A stretch of 64,000 bases of DNA from an uncultured Bacteroidota bacterium (GTDB lineage: Bacteria; Bacteroidota; Rhodothermia; Rhodothermales; DASSAV01), in the NCBI GenBank assembly GCA_963790965.1, contig CAWBQO010000002.1, positions 1 through 64,000 of the forward strand, written 5' to 3'. A model generated the notes under the pieces. That model did no database searches. It saw only the letters and a program-made list of their open reading frames with translations, and was not told the origin of the DNA. The position numbers and the translations under genes were made by a program. Below, piece by piece: positions 50,747-60,169 of the stretch; within the stretch, counting starts at the first letter, position 1; the number at the start of each line of letters is the position of its first letter.

Positions 50747-53700
50747 TTGCTCAATCCGCCCGCCCCTGACCGCCGCCGCCTCGCCGTTCGGTTTCTCGCT
50801 ATGGCGGCTGCGCTGGCGCTCCTGATTCCGGCCACTTGGGGCATCTATGGACGCTACGCGGACCGCGTAGCCGGGCGACCGGGAGATCATCAAAGCGCGG
50901 CCGTCAACGCCGCGTTCGCGCAGATCGAGCGCAGTTTCGATGCGCTGCAGCAGTCGATGATGGCTTCCGCGCGCGCGCTCGCTGAGGAAAAAGCCCTGCA
51001 GGAAGGGCTTGTGCTCCCGCCGTCTCAGGCGCGCGAACGGGTTGTCCGCTTCGCAGCTTCGCTTTCGCTCGAAGAGAAGACGGCCGCCGAGTTCTATACC
51101 GCCGAAGGCACACTTGCGGGCTGGACAGGCTTCGGAATGCCCCTCGACCGGGAGCCGGGTTCTTTGGACCCGAACCGGGTCAGCATAGGAATCGCCGACG
51201 CCGCCGGGCGCGAGCAGGCGCTGGTCGTCTGGTGGCCGGTGCGCAAGGGCGACCGAACCGTGGGGTTTGTACGCTTTATGCGGCTGGTGGTCCGGAGCGC
51301 GCCGGTCGAGAACCAGTATCTGCAGAGTTTCAGTCTGGCCGAGGAGTGGCAGGCGCTGGTGGGGATGCCGGTGTCGCTCGCGCTTGGAGCGGCCGCGGCG
51401 GACCCGGGCACGCCCTTGTATCGCGAGCCGCTCGAGGGCGCTGACGGATCGCGCCTCGGGCTGGTGGTTCTTCAGCCGCCGACACCCGCGGCATTGCGCT
51501 CGATCTTGCGAACCCGCTATGCCGACGTAGCGCTCTTCTGGACGACGCTCTTGTTCGCGTGGCTTCTGTACGGCCTCTGGCTGTGGTACCGAGAGCAGGT
51601 TCGGACCCTGTCCATGGAGGCCTCGCCGGACCGCAAGCGTTCCCGTTGGTCGGCGGTACTCCGGTTTCTGGTGCTGGGCGTTGCGTGGTGGGGCGTCCGT
51701 TTTGCGCTTGTGGTGATGCAGGTCCCGGCGCGATGGCAGACGAATACGGGCGCACTTGCCCCGCTGTTCGACCCGGCGCATCTGGCTTCTCTCTACGGTT
51801 TCGGCATGATGCGCTCGGCCGGCGACCTCCTGATCACCGCGATCTTCGCCGTGCTTTTCGGGGCGGCCCTGCTGGACCTGCTCAGCCGCTTTCGCGATGC
51901 CGAGCGCAGGCTCATCGGGCCTTCCGCACCACACGGGAGCGCGCAAGATGAAGGCTGCACGGTTTGCTTCTTCGTCATATCCGTCCTCGCCGCCCTCGCG
52001 ACGCTCACTTCGGTGGCGGCGATGTCGGCGCTGACCGAGCACGCCGTGCTCGACAGCACCCTTGACTTTTTCGCTCGAACCGGGCTGGTGCCGGATCGTC
52101 CGGAGCGGCTGGTTCTCGTTGTCTACGTGTCTCTGGTGCTTTTGAGCGCCGCCACCATGATGGTCTCCATTGGCGTGCTGTGGGTGGCGATCACACTGCT
52201 TCTGCGCCACCGGCCGGAGCGGTGGTCGTTGGTCTTAGCGGCGGCGGTTGCCGCCGGCTGCGGCGCGGCCGCGCTGCTCGGCGTGTACGTCGCGGGCGCA
52301 TCGACGCTCGTGCCGGTGGTCGAGGGAACGGCCTTCCTGCTCACGGCGGCCGGCGTGGCGGCCTACGCGCGCATCCAGCTCGACCGAGGGGCGCGGCTCC
52401 TCACGGTTCGTACGCTGCTCCTGAGCGCGTTTGCCCTGAGCGTTCTGCTCTACCCGCTCCTGTACAACGGAATGGACGAGCGGCAGCGAATGCAGATTGT
52501 AGAAGCGGCAGATTCTTTCCTTGAGGAACGCGACCCGCGTATCGTTTTTGCCATCGAACAGGTTCTGGAACAGTCAAGAACCCACGCGCATCTGCCCGAT
52601 ATCCGCCGCAGTCTGGAAAAGGCGGACACGAGCCGGGCCACCCGGCACGCCCTCGACTCGCTGGCCGCATCGCTGCTGCGCGGGTCTCTTCTGTCCGAAC
52701 TCGGTCCGTACGACGTAAGCCTCGCGATTCTTGACACCGGCGGAAAGCCGCTCGGAAGATACCAGGAGTCGGAGAGCATCCCGGCGGGCATGGCCGTTCA
52801 GATGATCGATTCCACCGAGTTCGACATCTTGCTCGAAATGTTTTCGGAGGTGCAGCCGGGCGAGGTCATGGTTGAGCAGGTGACGGGGCGGCATGAGCGC
52901 GACCGGTTTCAGTACGTTGGCATTGTGCCCATCGCCGGCGCTTCGGCGGAGGAGCCGCTGGGATGGATCATGGCGCGGGCCGAATCGCGCTCGTTGCAGG
53001 AGTTCAATGAGACGCCTTTCCCGCGCGTGCTCCTGCCGAGCGGCTACTTCCGCACGGTTCGGGCGAACGTCTCCCTGGCGGGCTTTCGCAACGGAGTGCT
53101 CGTGCGAAGCCTCGGCCGCGATTTCGGGCAGTTCATGCTCGATCCCGCCGTCCGCGCCGCGCTGCTGCTTCAGCCCGAAGTCTGGGTGGTCCAGCGCATG
53201 GAGGGAGAGCGCTACCTGACCTACTACCGCCGCGAGTTGCCGGACGCGAGCGCCGGCGGGGCCGACCTCCTCGGGCAGCGGCCGCTCGTCGTGGCGGCGC
53301 GGGTGCCGGCCACGTACCTCTTCGACCACCTTTACTATCTGCTGCGCCTGATCGTTGCCGCGCTCATCGTGGGCCTTCCGATCTACCTCGTCGGCCTCTA
53401 CTTCGGGCGACAGGCGGGGAAACTACCGGCGCAGAACGTGCGATTCCGCGAAAAGGTGCTCAATGCCTTTCTGGTCGTCGGCATTATATCGGTGGCGGCG
53501 GTAGGGTTCGTCGGGCAGGATGTCGTGCGGGAGGAGACGCAGAACGCCGTTAGAACAGGCATTCGGCGGAGCCTGGAGGACGTCGAGCGCATCCTTACGC
53601 TTCAGGCGCGCGGGAGCGAGTTGCCCTATCAGGTGCTCCGGCGGACGCCAATCGATTCGCTTGCCGCCGTGGCGGGCGTGGATTTGAACGTGTATGTGGA

Positions 53701-54952
53701 CGGCTCTCTCGTGCAGACGACCCGGCCGCAGCTCGTCCGCGACAGGCTGCTCGACGAGCGTCTATCCGCCGAGGCCTACCGATCGATCTACCTGGACGGG
53801 CAGCGTACGACTTTCGTGCCGGAGCGCGTCGGGAGCTTTGAGTACATTGTCGGGCACCACGCCTTGCTGGACGAGCAGGGTGCGCCGCGGTATGTCGTTT
53901 CCGTGCCGGCGCTGCAAGAACAGGAGCAGATACAGGACGAACGCGCCCGCACGACGGCGTACTTTTTCGGTGCCCTTCTGCTGCTGCTGCTCGTGATTAT
54001 GCTGACGGCCTCGGTCGTTGCAAACGCGCTCACCCGCCCTATTGCGCGGCTGCGTCTGGGTCTCGAGCAGGTGGCGCGCGGACGCTTTGAACAGTCCATT
54101 CCCGTGACCTCGCGAGATGAAATTGGCGATCTCGTGCAGACGTTCAATGAAATGCAGGAGCAGCTTGCCGAAAGCCGCCGTCAGCTTGCGCAGCAGGAAC
54201 GCCAGCTCGCCTGGCGCGAGATGGCCCGGCAGGTTGCCCACGAGATCAAGAATCCCTTGACGCCGATGAAGCTCTCCGTTCAGCATCTTCAGCGGGCATT
54301 TACTATGTCGCGTGCCGCGCAGGTGGAGGAAGACGCGCCCGTTGGAAAGGACTTCAAGACGCTCTTCCGTCGGATCACAGCGACGCTTGTCGAGCAGATC
54401 GACACGCTCGCGCGCATTGCGAACGAGTTTCATTCGTTTGCGCGGATGCCGACGCGCATGGAAGAGCGGCTGGACATGAACGCGGTCGTGAGCGAAGCCG
54501 TCGCCCTGATGCAGGAGGAGACGAGCACGGAGGTGCTGCTCACGCTCTACCGCGACGCGCTCATCGTGCAGGCGGATCGTGAGGAACTGCGCCGGGCATT
54601 TATCAACCTGATCAAGAACGCCCTGCAGGCCGTGCCCGACGGAACGGAAGGGCTGGTGCAGGTAGAGACGGGTCTTACGCCGGGCGTCGACGGCCGACCT
54701 GCACTGGCCATGTGCCGTGTCACGGACAATGGCACCGGCATTTCAGAGGAGCTGCGCGAGAAGATCTTTCAGCCAAACTTCTCGACCAAGACCAGCGGAA
54801 CCGGGCTGGGACTTGCCATCGCGCGCAAGAGCATCGAGGAGTCCGGGGGCGAGATCGACTTCGATCCCGAAGTTGCCGACGGTGCCTCATTCTGGGTCAA
54901 ACTCCCGCTTTGCGACGCCGAACCGGAGGGTGCGCCGGCTATGAGCCGCTAA
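50747..54952 (+). CDS. Large membrane sensor histidine kinase (HAMP-HisKA-HATPase_c), 1401 aa, no adjacent response regulator
   Basis: HAMP (…LRLGLEQVARGRFEQSIPVTSRDEIGDLVQTFNEM…), H-box (ARQVAHEIKNPLTPM), G-boxes (…DNGTGISEE…, GTGLGLAIARKSIEESGGEI); long N-terminal multi-TM/periplasmic region. Confidence 0.75.
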   Translation: MLNPPAPDRRRLAVRFLAMAAALALLIPATWGIYGRYADRVAGRPGDHQSAAVNAAFAQIERSFDALQQSMMASARALAEEKALQEGLVLPPSQARERVVRFAASLSLEEKTAAEFYTAEGTLAGWTGFGMPLDREPGSLDPNRVSIGIADAAGREQALVVWWPVRKGDRTVGFVRFMRLVVRSAPVENQYLQSFSLAEEWQALVGMPVSLALGAAAADPGTPLYREPLEGADGSRLGLVVLQPPTPAALRSILRTRYADVALFWTTLLFAWLLYGLWLWYREQVRTLSMEASPDRKRSRWSAVLRFLVLGVAWWGVRFALVVMQVPARWQTNTGALAPLFDPAHLASLYGFGMMRSAGDLLITAIFAVLFGAALLDLLSRFRDAERRLIGPSAPHGSAQDEGCTVCFFVISVLAALATLTSVAAMSALTEHAVLDSTLDFFARTGLVPDRPERLVLVVYVSLVLLSAATMMVSIGVLWVAITLLLRHRPERWSLVLAAAVAAGCGAAALLGVYVAGASTLVPVVEGTAFLLTAAGVAAYARIQLDRGARLLTVRTLLLSAFALSVLLYPLLYNGMDERQRMQIVEAADSFLEERDPRIVFAIEQVLEQSRTHAHLPDIRRSLEKADTSRATRHALDSLAASLLRGSLLSELGPYDVSLAILDTGGKPLGRYQESESIPAGMAVQMIDSTEFDILLEMFSEVQPGEVMVEQVTGRHERDRFQYVGIVPIAGASAEEPLGWIMARAESRSLQEFNETPFPRVLLPSGYFRTVRANVSLAGFRNGVLVRSLGRDFGQFMLDPAVRAALLLQPEVWVVQRMEGERYLTYYRRELPDASAGGADLLGQRPLVVAARVPATYLFDHLYYLLRLIVAALIVGLPIYLVGLYFGRQAGKLPAQNVRFREKVLNAFLVVGIISVAAVGFVGQDVVREETQNAVRTGIRRSLEDVERILTLQARGSELPYQVLRRTPIDSLAAVAGVDLNVYVDGSLVQTTRPQLVRDRLLDERLSAEAYRSIYLDGQRTTFVPERVGSFEYIVGHHALLDEQGAPRYVVSVPALQEQEQIQDERARTTAYFFGALLLLLLVIMLTASVVANALTRPIARLRLGLEQVARGRFEQSIPVTSRDEIGDLVQTFNEMQEQLAESRRQLAQQERQLAWREMARQVAHEIKNPLTPMKLSVQHLQRAFTMSRAAQVEEDAPVGKDFKTLFRRITATLVEQIDTLARIANEFHSFARMPTRMEERLDMNAVVSEAVALMQEETSTEVLLTLYRDALIVQADREELRRAFINLIKNALQAVPDGTEGLVQVETGLTPGVDGRPALAMCRVTDNGTGISEELREKIFQPNFSTKTSGTGLGLAIARKSIEESGGEIDFDPEVADGASFWVKLPLCDAEPEGAPAMSR

Positions 54953-55466
54953 AGTCCCGGTGGCCAAAGTAGTGCAGGACGTACCGCAGCTTCCTGGTTT
55001 TGTCCTTGCCGAAGCCGGGCAGGGCGAGAACCCGCGTCGCGACAACCTCGAAGGGCACATCGCCGCTCCATAGCCTGTCGGCGCGGCCCTCGTATTGATC
55101 CACCAGAAGGCGGGCGACTTCGTGCGTGGTATCCGCCATCTTATTCGTAAACCGGTGGACGGCGGGCTTCTCCGCAAAGATCTCGCGAAGCCGTTCCGGT
55201 GTCATCACCGCAATCTGCGCAAGGTCGAGATGCCCAAGCCGGTCGCGGAGCCGGTGCGGACCGGTAAAAGCATATTCCGCTCGGACGCGCTGATCGTAGA
55301 GCAGCCCCAGCAGGGCGGCATTGCCGTCCTGCCGGAGAAAATCGTCTGCCTCTGCGTCGCCGGTCAGGGTGCCTTCTTCCCGGAAGCGGTCCAGCATTCG
55401 GGCCAGGCCGCCTTCAAGGTCGCTATAGTCCAGCTCTACGATCCGCACGCGCACCGGATCAACCAT
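54939..55466 (-). CDS. HhH-motif (HhH-GPD-like) putative DNA glycosylase/base-excision repair protein
   Basis: 175 aa; helix-hairpin-helix-like LALPGFGKDKT; assignment tentative. Confidence 0.3.
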   Translation of the reverse strand: MVDPVRVRIVELDYSDLEGGLARMLDRFREEGTLTGDAEADDFLRQDGNAALLGLLYDQRVRAEYAFTGPHRLRDRLGHLDLAQIAVMTPERLREIFAEKPAVHRFTNKMADTTHEVARLLVDQYEGRADRLWSGDVPFEVVATRVLALPGFGKDKTRKLRYVLHYFGHRDFSGS

Positions 55467-55485
55467 TTGCTTTCGGGTTCAAAGC

Positions 55486-56502
55486 TCAGCCTTCGCGCAG
55501 CCAGGTGGCGGCTTTCTTGGCGAAGTACGTGAAGATAACGTCGGCCCCGGCGCGCTTGATGGCCGTGAGCGTTTCCATGGCAGCCTGCCGCTCGTCGAGC
55601 CAGCCGTTCAGGGCGGCGGCCTGCAGCATGGCGTACTCGCCGCTCACGTGGTAAGCAGCGACCGGTACGCTCGACATTTCGCGCACGCGGTAGATCACGT
55701 CGAGGTAGCTGACGGCGGGTTTGACCATAACCATGTCCGCCCCCTCCTCGAGGTCTAGCATCAGCTCCCGCAACGCTTCCCGGGCATTGGACGGGTCCAT
55801 CTGATAGGTCTTTTTGTCCTTCGGGATGTCCGCGCCCTCGCGGGGTGCGGAGTCCAGCGCGTCGCGGAAGGGGCCGTAGTAGGCCGATGCGTACTTGGCG
55901 GTATAAGAGAGAATGGCAACATCCTCCAGCCCGTGCGCGTCGAGCGCGTCGCGAATGGCAGCTACGCGGCCGTCCATCATGTCCGAGGGCGAGATCACGT
56001 CGGCCCCGGCCTGCGCGTGGACGACGGCCATGGCGGAGAGCACCTCGAGCGACTCATCGTTCACGATACGGCCTCCCCGAACGATGCCGTCGTGCCCGTC
56101 GATGTTGTACGGATCGAGGGCCACGTCGGTCATGACGAGCAAGTCCGGCACGGCTTCTTTGACGGCGCGAATGGCCCGCGGATAAAGCCCGTCGGCTTTC
56201 AGCGACTCGGTGCCACGCTTGTCTTTGAACTTTTCTTCGATCGCCGGGAAGAGATCGACGGCGGGGACGCCGAGTTCGAAAAGCTCCTGCGCCTCCTCGA
56301 CCAGCCGGTCGATGCTGAAGCGGTACTGCCCCGGCATGGAACCGACTTCATCGCGAATGCCCTGCCCTTCCACGACAAAAAGGGGCGCAACGAGGTTGTC
56401 GATGCTCAGGCGCGTCTCGCGCACGAGGCGTCTCATTCCGGCCGACCGCCGCAGACGGCGGGGGCGCTGGATCATGTCATATGCTGTTTCTATAACTTGC
56501 AT
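55486..56502 (-). CDS. hemB: Porphobilinogen synthase (delta-aminolevulinic acid dehydratase)
   Basis: IQRPRRLRRS N-terminus, active-site lysines context (…MVKPA…), 338 aa; start may be the Met at 56475. Confidence 0.85.
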   Translation of the reverse strand: MQVIETAYDMIQRPRRLRRSAGMRRLVRETRLSIDNLVAPLFVVEGQGIRDEVGSMPGQYRFSIDRLVEEAQELFELGVPAVDLFPAIEEKFKDKRGTESLKADGLYPRAIRAVKEAVPDLLVMTDVALDPYNIDGHDGIVRGGRIVNDESLEVLSAMAVVHAQAGADVISPSDMMDGRVAAIRDALDAHGLEDVAILSYTAKYASAYYGPFRDALDSAPREGADIPKDKKTYQMDPSNAREALRELMLDLEEGADMVMVKPAVSYLDVIYRVREMSSVPVAAYHVSGEYAMLQAAALNGWLDERQAAMETLTAIKRAGADVIFTYFAKKAATWLREG

Positions 56503-56634
56503 GTTCTACCTGACAATAGAGGGCGAACGCCCGTCTGTGATTCGATAGCCACAGCGTCGCTGCGGCACCGGTAAAGACGCCGGGCACTCGGGGGCGTTCC
56601 GCTATTATTGCGCGAAGGGACGGTCGCTGTTCTC

Positions 56635-58149
56635 TCAGATGGCCGCGCGTTTCCGCCACTTCGTGCCCTCGGGCGAATCCATGACTTCGACGCCAAGGCT
56701 ATCGATGGCTGCGCGGATGGCATCTGCGCGCGTAAAGTCGCGGGCGCGGCGCGCTTCGGCGCGCTCGGCGAGCAGTCGATCCACTTCGGCGGCAAGCTCC
56801 GACGATGCTTCACTCTGAAGTGTGTCCTCAGAAGGCTGCGCCGCGTCGTGCGCAATGATGCCGAGCAGGGCGTTCGTCTTTTCCAGCCATGCCGCCGCGC
56901 TGCGCGCCGTTGCGCCGTTGAGATCGCCCATGCCGTGGATGAGCTTGGCACCTTGCAAGGCGGCGGCGAGCGCGACGGGGGTGTTCAGGTCGTCCAGCAT
57001 CGCCGCCAGCGTTTCCTCGTACACCACGGCGAGGCGGGTGCCGGCAAAATCCTCCCCCGGCCGATCCGCGTCAATGGCCGCTGCCACCAGCTCCGCTGCC
57101 AGCTTGTACCTCGCCACGATCTTGGCGCTGTCGGAAAGGTGCTTCAGCGTAAAATTAAACTTGTCCCGGTACTTGCCGGAAATCAGCGCGTAGCGAAGCG
57201 CAAGCGGATCGACGCCGCGACCCTCCGGGGGCGGCGCAATCAGGTCGCGCACGGTGTAGAAGTTGCCCTTGCTTTTGGACATCTTCTCGCCCTCGACTTG
57301 CAGAAAGCGGGTGTGAACCCAGTGCCGAACGAACGGCTTGCCGGTCAGACTCTCCGACTGCGCCACTTCGCACTCATGGTGCGGAAAGATGAGGTCCTCC
57401 CCTCCCCCGTGAAGATCGATGGTCTCGCCCAGGTAGGCCATCGACATGACGGAGCACTCGATGTGCCATCCGGGAAAGCCGCGCCCGAAGGGGCTGTACC
57501 ACTGCATGAGGTGGCCGGGGTCGCTCTTCCAGAGGGCGAAGTCGCGCGGGTCCCGTTTCTCGGGGTCCACCACTACGTCCCGCACGGCGGCCGCAAGCTC
57601 GTCGGCTGCATCATTGCCTGAGAGGGAGCCGTATCCCGGAAAGGTGTTCACGGCGAAGTAGACGCCCTTTGCCGTGGCATAGGCATGTCCGCCCTCGATA
57701 AGCCGCTCTATGGCCTCGATCTGCCCCGTCACGTGCTCGGTCGCTCGCGGACGGACAGACGGCTCCATGAGGTTGAGGGCCTTCCAGTCGTCCTGCAGCG
57801 CGTCCGCGTAGAAGCGGGCCAGATCCCAAACATTCGAGAACCGGCGGCCGTCTTTCGAAGCGAGCGCCTTCTCCATCTTGTCCTCGCCGCCGGCATCGGC
57901 TACGTCGTCCTCCGTAAGGTGCCCGACGTCCGTAATGTTGGTAACATACGACACCCGCAGTCCGACCGCGCGCGCGAGGCGAACGATCAGGTCTGCCGTG
58001 AGGAAGGTGCGGAAGTTGCCGATGTGGGCAAAGGAATAAACCGTAGGACCGCAGTTGTAAAAACGGAGGTGCCCTTCTTCGGCAGGGACTACGGGTTCAA
58101 CGGCGCGAGTGGCCGTGTTGTAAAGGCGAATGGTTCGGTCGGCTGACAT
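56635..58149 (-). CDS. cysS: Cysteine--tRNA ligase
   Basis: Class I HIGH (AHIGN) and KMSKS (KMSKSKGN) motifs; Cys-binding region; 504 aa. Confidence 0.85.
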   Translation of the reverse strand: MSADRTIRLYNTATRAVEPVVPAEEGHLRFYNCGPTVYSFAHIGNFRTFLTADLIVRLARAVGLRVSYVTNITDVGHLTEDDVADAGGEDKMEKALASKDGRRFSNVWDLARFYADALQDDWKALNLMEPSVRPRATEHVTGQIEAIERLIEGGHAYATAKGVYFAVNTFPGYGSLSGNDAADELAAAVRDVVVDPEKRDPRDFALWKSDPGHLMQWYSPFGRGFPGWHIECSVMSMAYLGETIDLHGGGEDLIFPHHECEVAQSESLTGKPFVRHWVHTRFLQVEGEKMSKSKGNFYTVRDLIAPPPEGRGVDPLALRYALISGKYRDKFNFTLKHLSDSAKIVARYKLAAELVAAAIDADRPGEDFAGTRLAVVYEETLAAMLDDLNTPVALAAALQGAKLIHGMGDLNGATARSAAAWLEKTNALLGIIAHDAAQPSEDTLQSEASSELAAEVDRLLAERAEARRARDFTRADAIRAAIDSLGVEVMDSPEGTKWRKRAAI

Positions 58150-58687
58150 AACTTGGCGTTTCTTAACAGAGCCGTCTTCTTTTCACAGACCCGCGGCGCG
58201 AGGGGTTAGAGGCGGGCTAATCGCCCGTTGTGGGCGCAACGGAAAACCCTCTTTACCTCTTCGAGCGAAGGTGTCTCTTTGAGCGAAGGTGCGGTGGCGC
58301 TTTGCCGCAGTGCTTTCACCGCACGCGCGCGTTTTCTCGACTGCCAGGCTCTTCGGAGACCCGGAATATAACCACTGCGGCCCTGCACCGGTAAACCGCC
58401 TGGTAAAGAGCCAAAGTTCGACGCGGATGGGAAGCGCTGTTGACGGACGGGAACGCGGAACGAGAAGGCTCTTAAAACTGGATACGCAATTCAAATCCAC
58501 CAGGCTGCTGATCAACCATGGACGAACCGCGCGGATGTGCGACAAGGGCGATTCAGGTCGCCTCGACGCGGTAACATACCCGGTCTCGTCCTCTTGCGAG
58601 AGCGTGGCGGTGGCACATCGAACGACGATCTCTGCCCGTTCCCGCTCATTCTCTCCTTTCAACAGCCGCCTAACACTGCTTAACACC

Positions 58688-58984
58688 ATGCCTTCCTGGA
58701 GCAAGAAAGACCGCCGCATGTACGAGCACATCAAGGATAGCAGCGAGGATCGCGGGAAGAGTGAGGAGCGCGCCGAAGAAATTGCGGCGCGCACCGTCAA
58801 CAAGAATCGGCGTGAAGAGGGGCGTACGCCGAACAAGACGACGCAGGGAACCGGCAACCCGAACACCTCGCTCGACGACCGCACGAAGGACGAGCTTTAC
58901 AACCGCGCGAAAGAAATGAACATCTCCGGGCGGAGTAAGATGAACAAGCAGGAACTCGTTGAGGCAATTCGCAGCAAACGCTGA
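58688..58984 (+). CDS. Small basic protein with a Rho termination factor N-terminal-like (SAP-like) domain
   Basis: 98 aa; C-terminal LYNRAKEMNISGRSKMNKQELVEAIRSK resembles the Rho_N domain; real start chosen at an internal Met of track ORF 58289..58984. Confidence 0.5.
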   Translation: MPSWSKKDRRMYEHIKDSSEDRGKSEERAEEIAARTVNKNRREEGRTPNKTTQGTGNPNTSLDDRTKDELYNRAKEMNISGRSKMNKQELVEAIRSKR

Positions 58985-58993
58985 CCGGGTGCC

Positions 58994-59458
58994 TCATCGT
59001 CGCCGAAGCGTCCCGGGGTTGATCGGCACGCTGTCCGCCGCGCCGCGCCCGAAGAGCACCGAATCGACGGAATAGCGCCCCGGGCCGACGAGCACAAAGA
59101 GCACGGCGACGGTGAGGTAAACCAGTGCGAGTTCGTACGACGGTCCGCCGCTACCCACGAAAGGGTGCCGGGCCGGCAAGTGCGTTATGGAAAGGGCACC
59201 GAGCATGACGGCGGCGAGCCATACACCGGCGAGCGGCGTGAGCAGGCCGAGCAGCAACATGCCGCCACCGGCAAACTCGCCGAACGCCGCCAGTGCCTGC
59301 ATCACTGCAGGCGTGCCGGCGTCCGGCCCCATCCAGCCGAATGGATTCTGCACCTTGCCCCACCCGTGGAGCATAAAAGCGAGTCCAACGGTGAGGCGAA
59401 CCAGGAGCAAGCCAACGCCGCCGGCTCCGGAGATAAAGGGAGGAAAGAGTCGGTTCAT
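58994..59458 (-). CDS. DoxX-family membrane protein
   Basis: LLLVRLTVGLAFMLHGWGKV DoxX signature, four TM helices, 154 aa. Confidence 0.6.
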   Translation of the reverse strand: MNRLFPPFISGAGGVGLLLVRLTVGLAFMLHGWGKVQNPFGWMGPDAGTPAVMQALAAFGEFAGGGMLLLGLLTPLAGVWLAAVMLGALSITHLPARHPFVGSGGPSYELALVYLTVAVLFVLVGPGRYSVDSVLFGRGAADSVPINPGTLRRR

Positions 59459-59478
59459 GCGAGGCCATCTCCAGAGCC

Positions 59479-60054
59479 TTAGCTCAGTTTCTGTCCGGTT
59501 TCAATCTTAACGTCGGTAAACTCAACCCGGACCGGATCGGCGTAGCGGAGGCCGTTCTTTTTATCATGCCTTGGGAAGTTCGGCGCTTCGATATCGACGC
59601 GGAGCGTGTACTTACCGTCTCCGGGCACCTTCCAGTTGCGGCCGTAGTGGTAGAGCCACGGGTGCCAGAGGTACGGCTGCAAGTGCGTCCCGGCTTCCTT
59701 GCCGTCCTCGTCGACCAGCGTGGCGTGTACGGTCAGCGCAGGTATGAAGCGCCGGTCCGATCCGTCGCGGACGAGGATCTCGACGTGGCAGTTCTCGTCG
59801 GTCGGGTTGTGCCAGACGAGTTTGCCGCCTTCCATCTGGTACATCCCCTCGGCATGTTCGATGGCAAAGGCGACGAGGTAATCGCCGGCGCGTTTTTCCT
59901 TGCCGTGGGCTTCCTTTTTGAGCATATGCTCCGCTGCTTTTTCCAGCGCGTCGCCCTGATCTTTGGCCAGCTTGAGCTGTTTCTTATCGGATTCGTCGCT
60001 CGTCTCCATGGGAGGGCGGCGGGTGGCTTCTTCGCTTTTCGTATGGTCAGCCAT
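59479..60054 (-). CDS. hypothetical conserved protein (His/Trp/Tyr-rich beta domain; possible metal-binding)
   Basis: 191 aa; HVEILV…HATLVDEDGKEAGTHLQPYLWHPWLYHYGRNW; no signal peptide recognised. Confidence 0.35.
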   Translation of the reverse strand: MADHTKSEEATRRPPMETSDESDKKQLKLAKDQGDALEKAAEHMLKKEAHGKEKRAGDYLVAFAIEHAEGMYQMEGGKLVWHNPTDENCHVEILVRDGSDRRFIPALTVHATLVDEDGKEAGTHLQPYLWHPWLYHYGRNWKVPGDGKYTLRVDIEAPNFPRHDKKNGLRYADPVRVEFTDVKIETGQKLS

Positions 60055-60169
60055 AGTTGCGAGTCTATCTAAATGAAGAAGGTCTTTGGGTACTGTCTTT
60101 ACGGGCAGACGGGAAGAGCGGGTCCCCCGGCGATGTATCTAAGCTGTGCCGAGAACGCGGCCGCCCGAC

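Noticed and set aside
50684-52210. 508-aa minus-strand ORF overlapping the 5' part of the sensor kinase
   Set aside because: Arg/Gly/Pro/His-rich with no domain logic, typical of GC-driven antisense ORFs. The plus-strand frame encodes coherent TM helices.
55933-57621. Long plus-strand ORFs (213 aa and 337 aa) opposite hemB and cysS
   Set aside because: Antisense to genes with strong signatures (HIGH/KMSKS, HemB active site); the translations are low-complexity.
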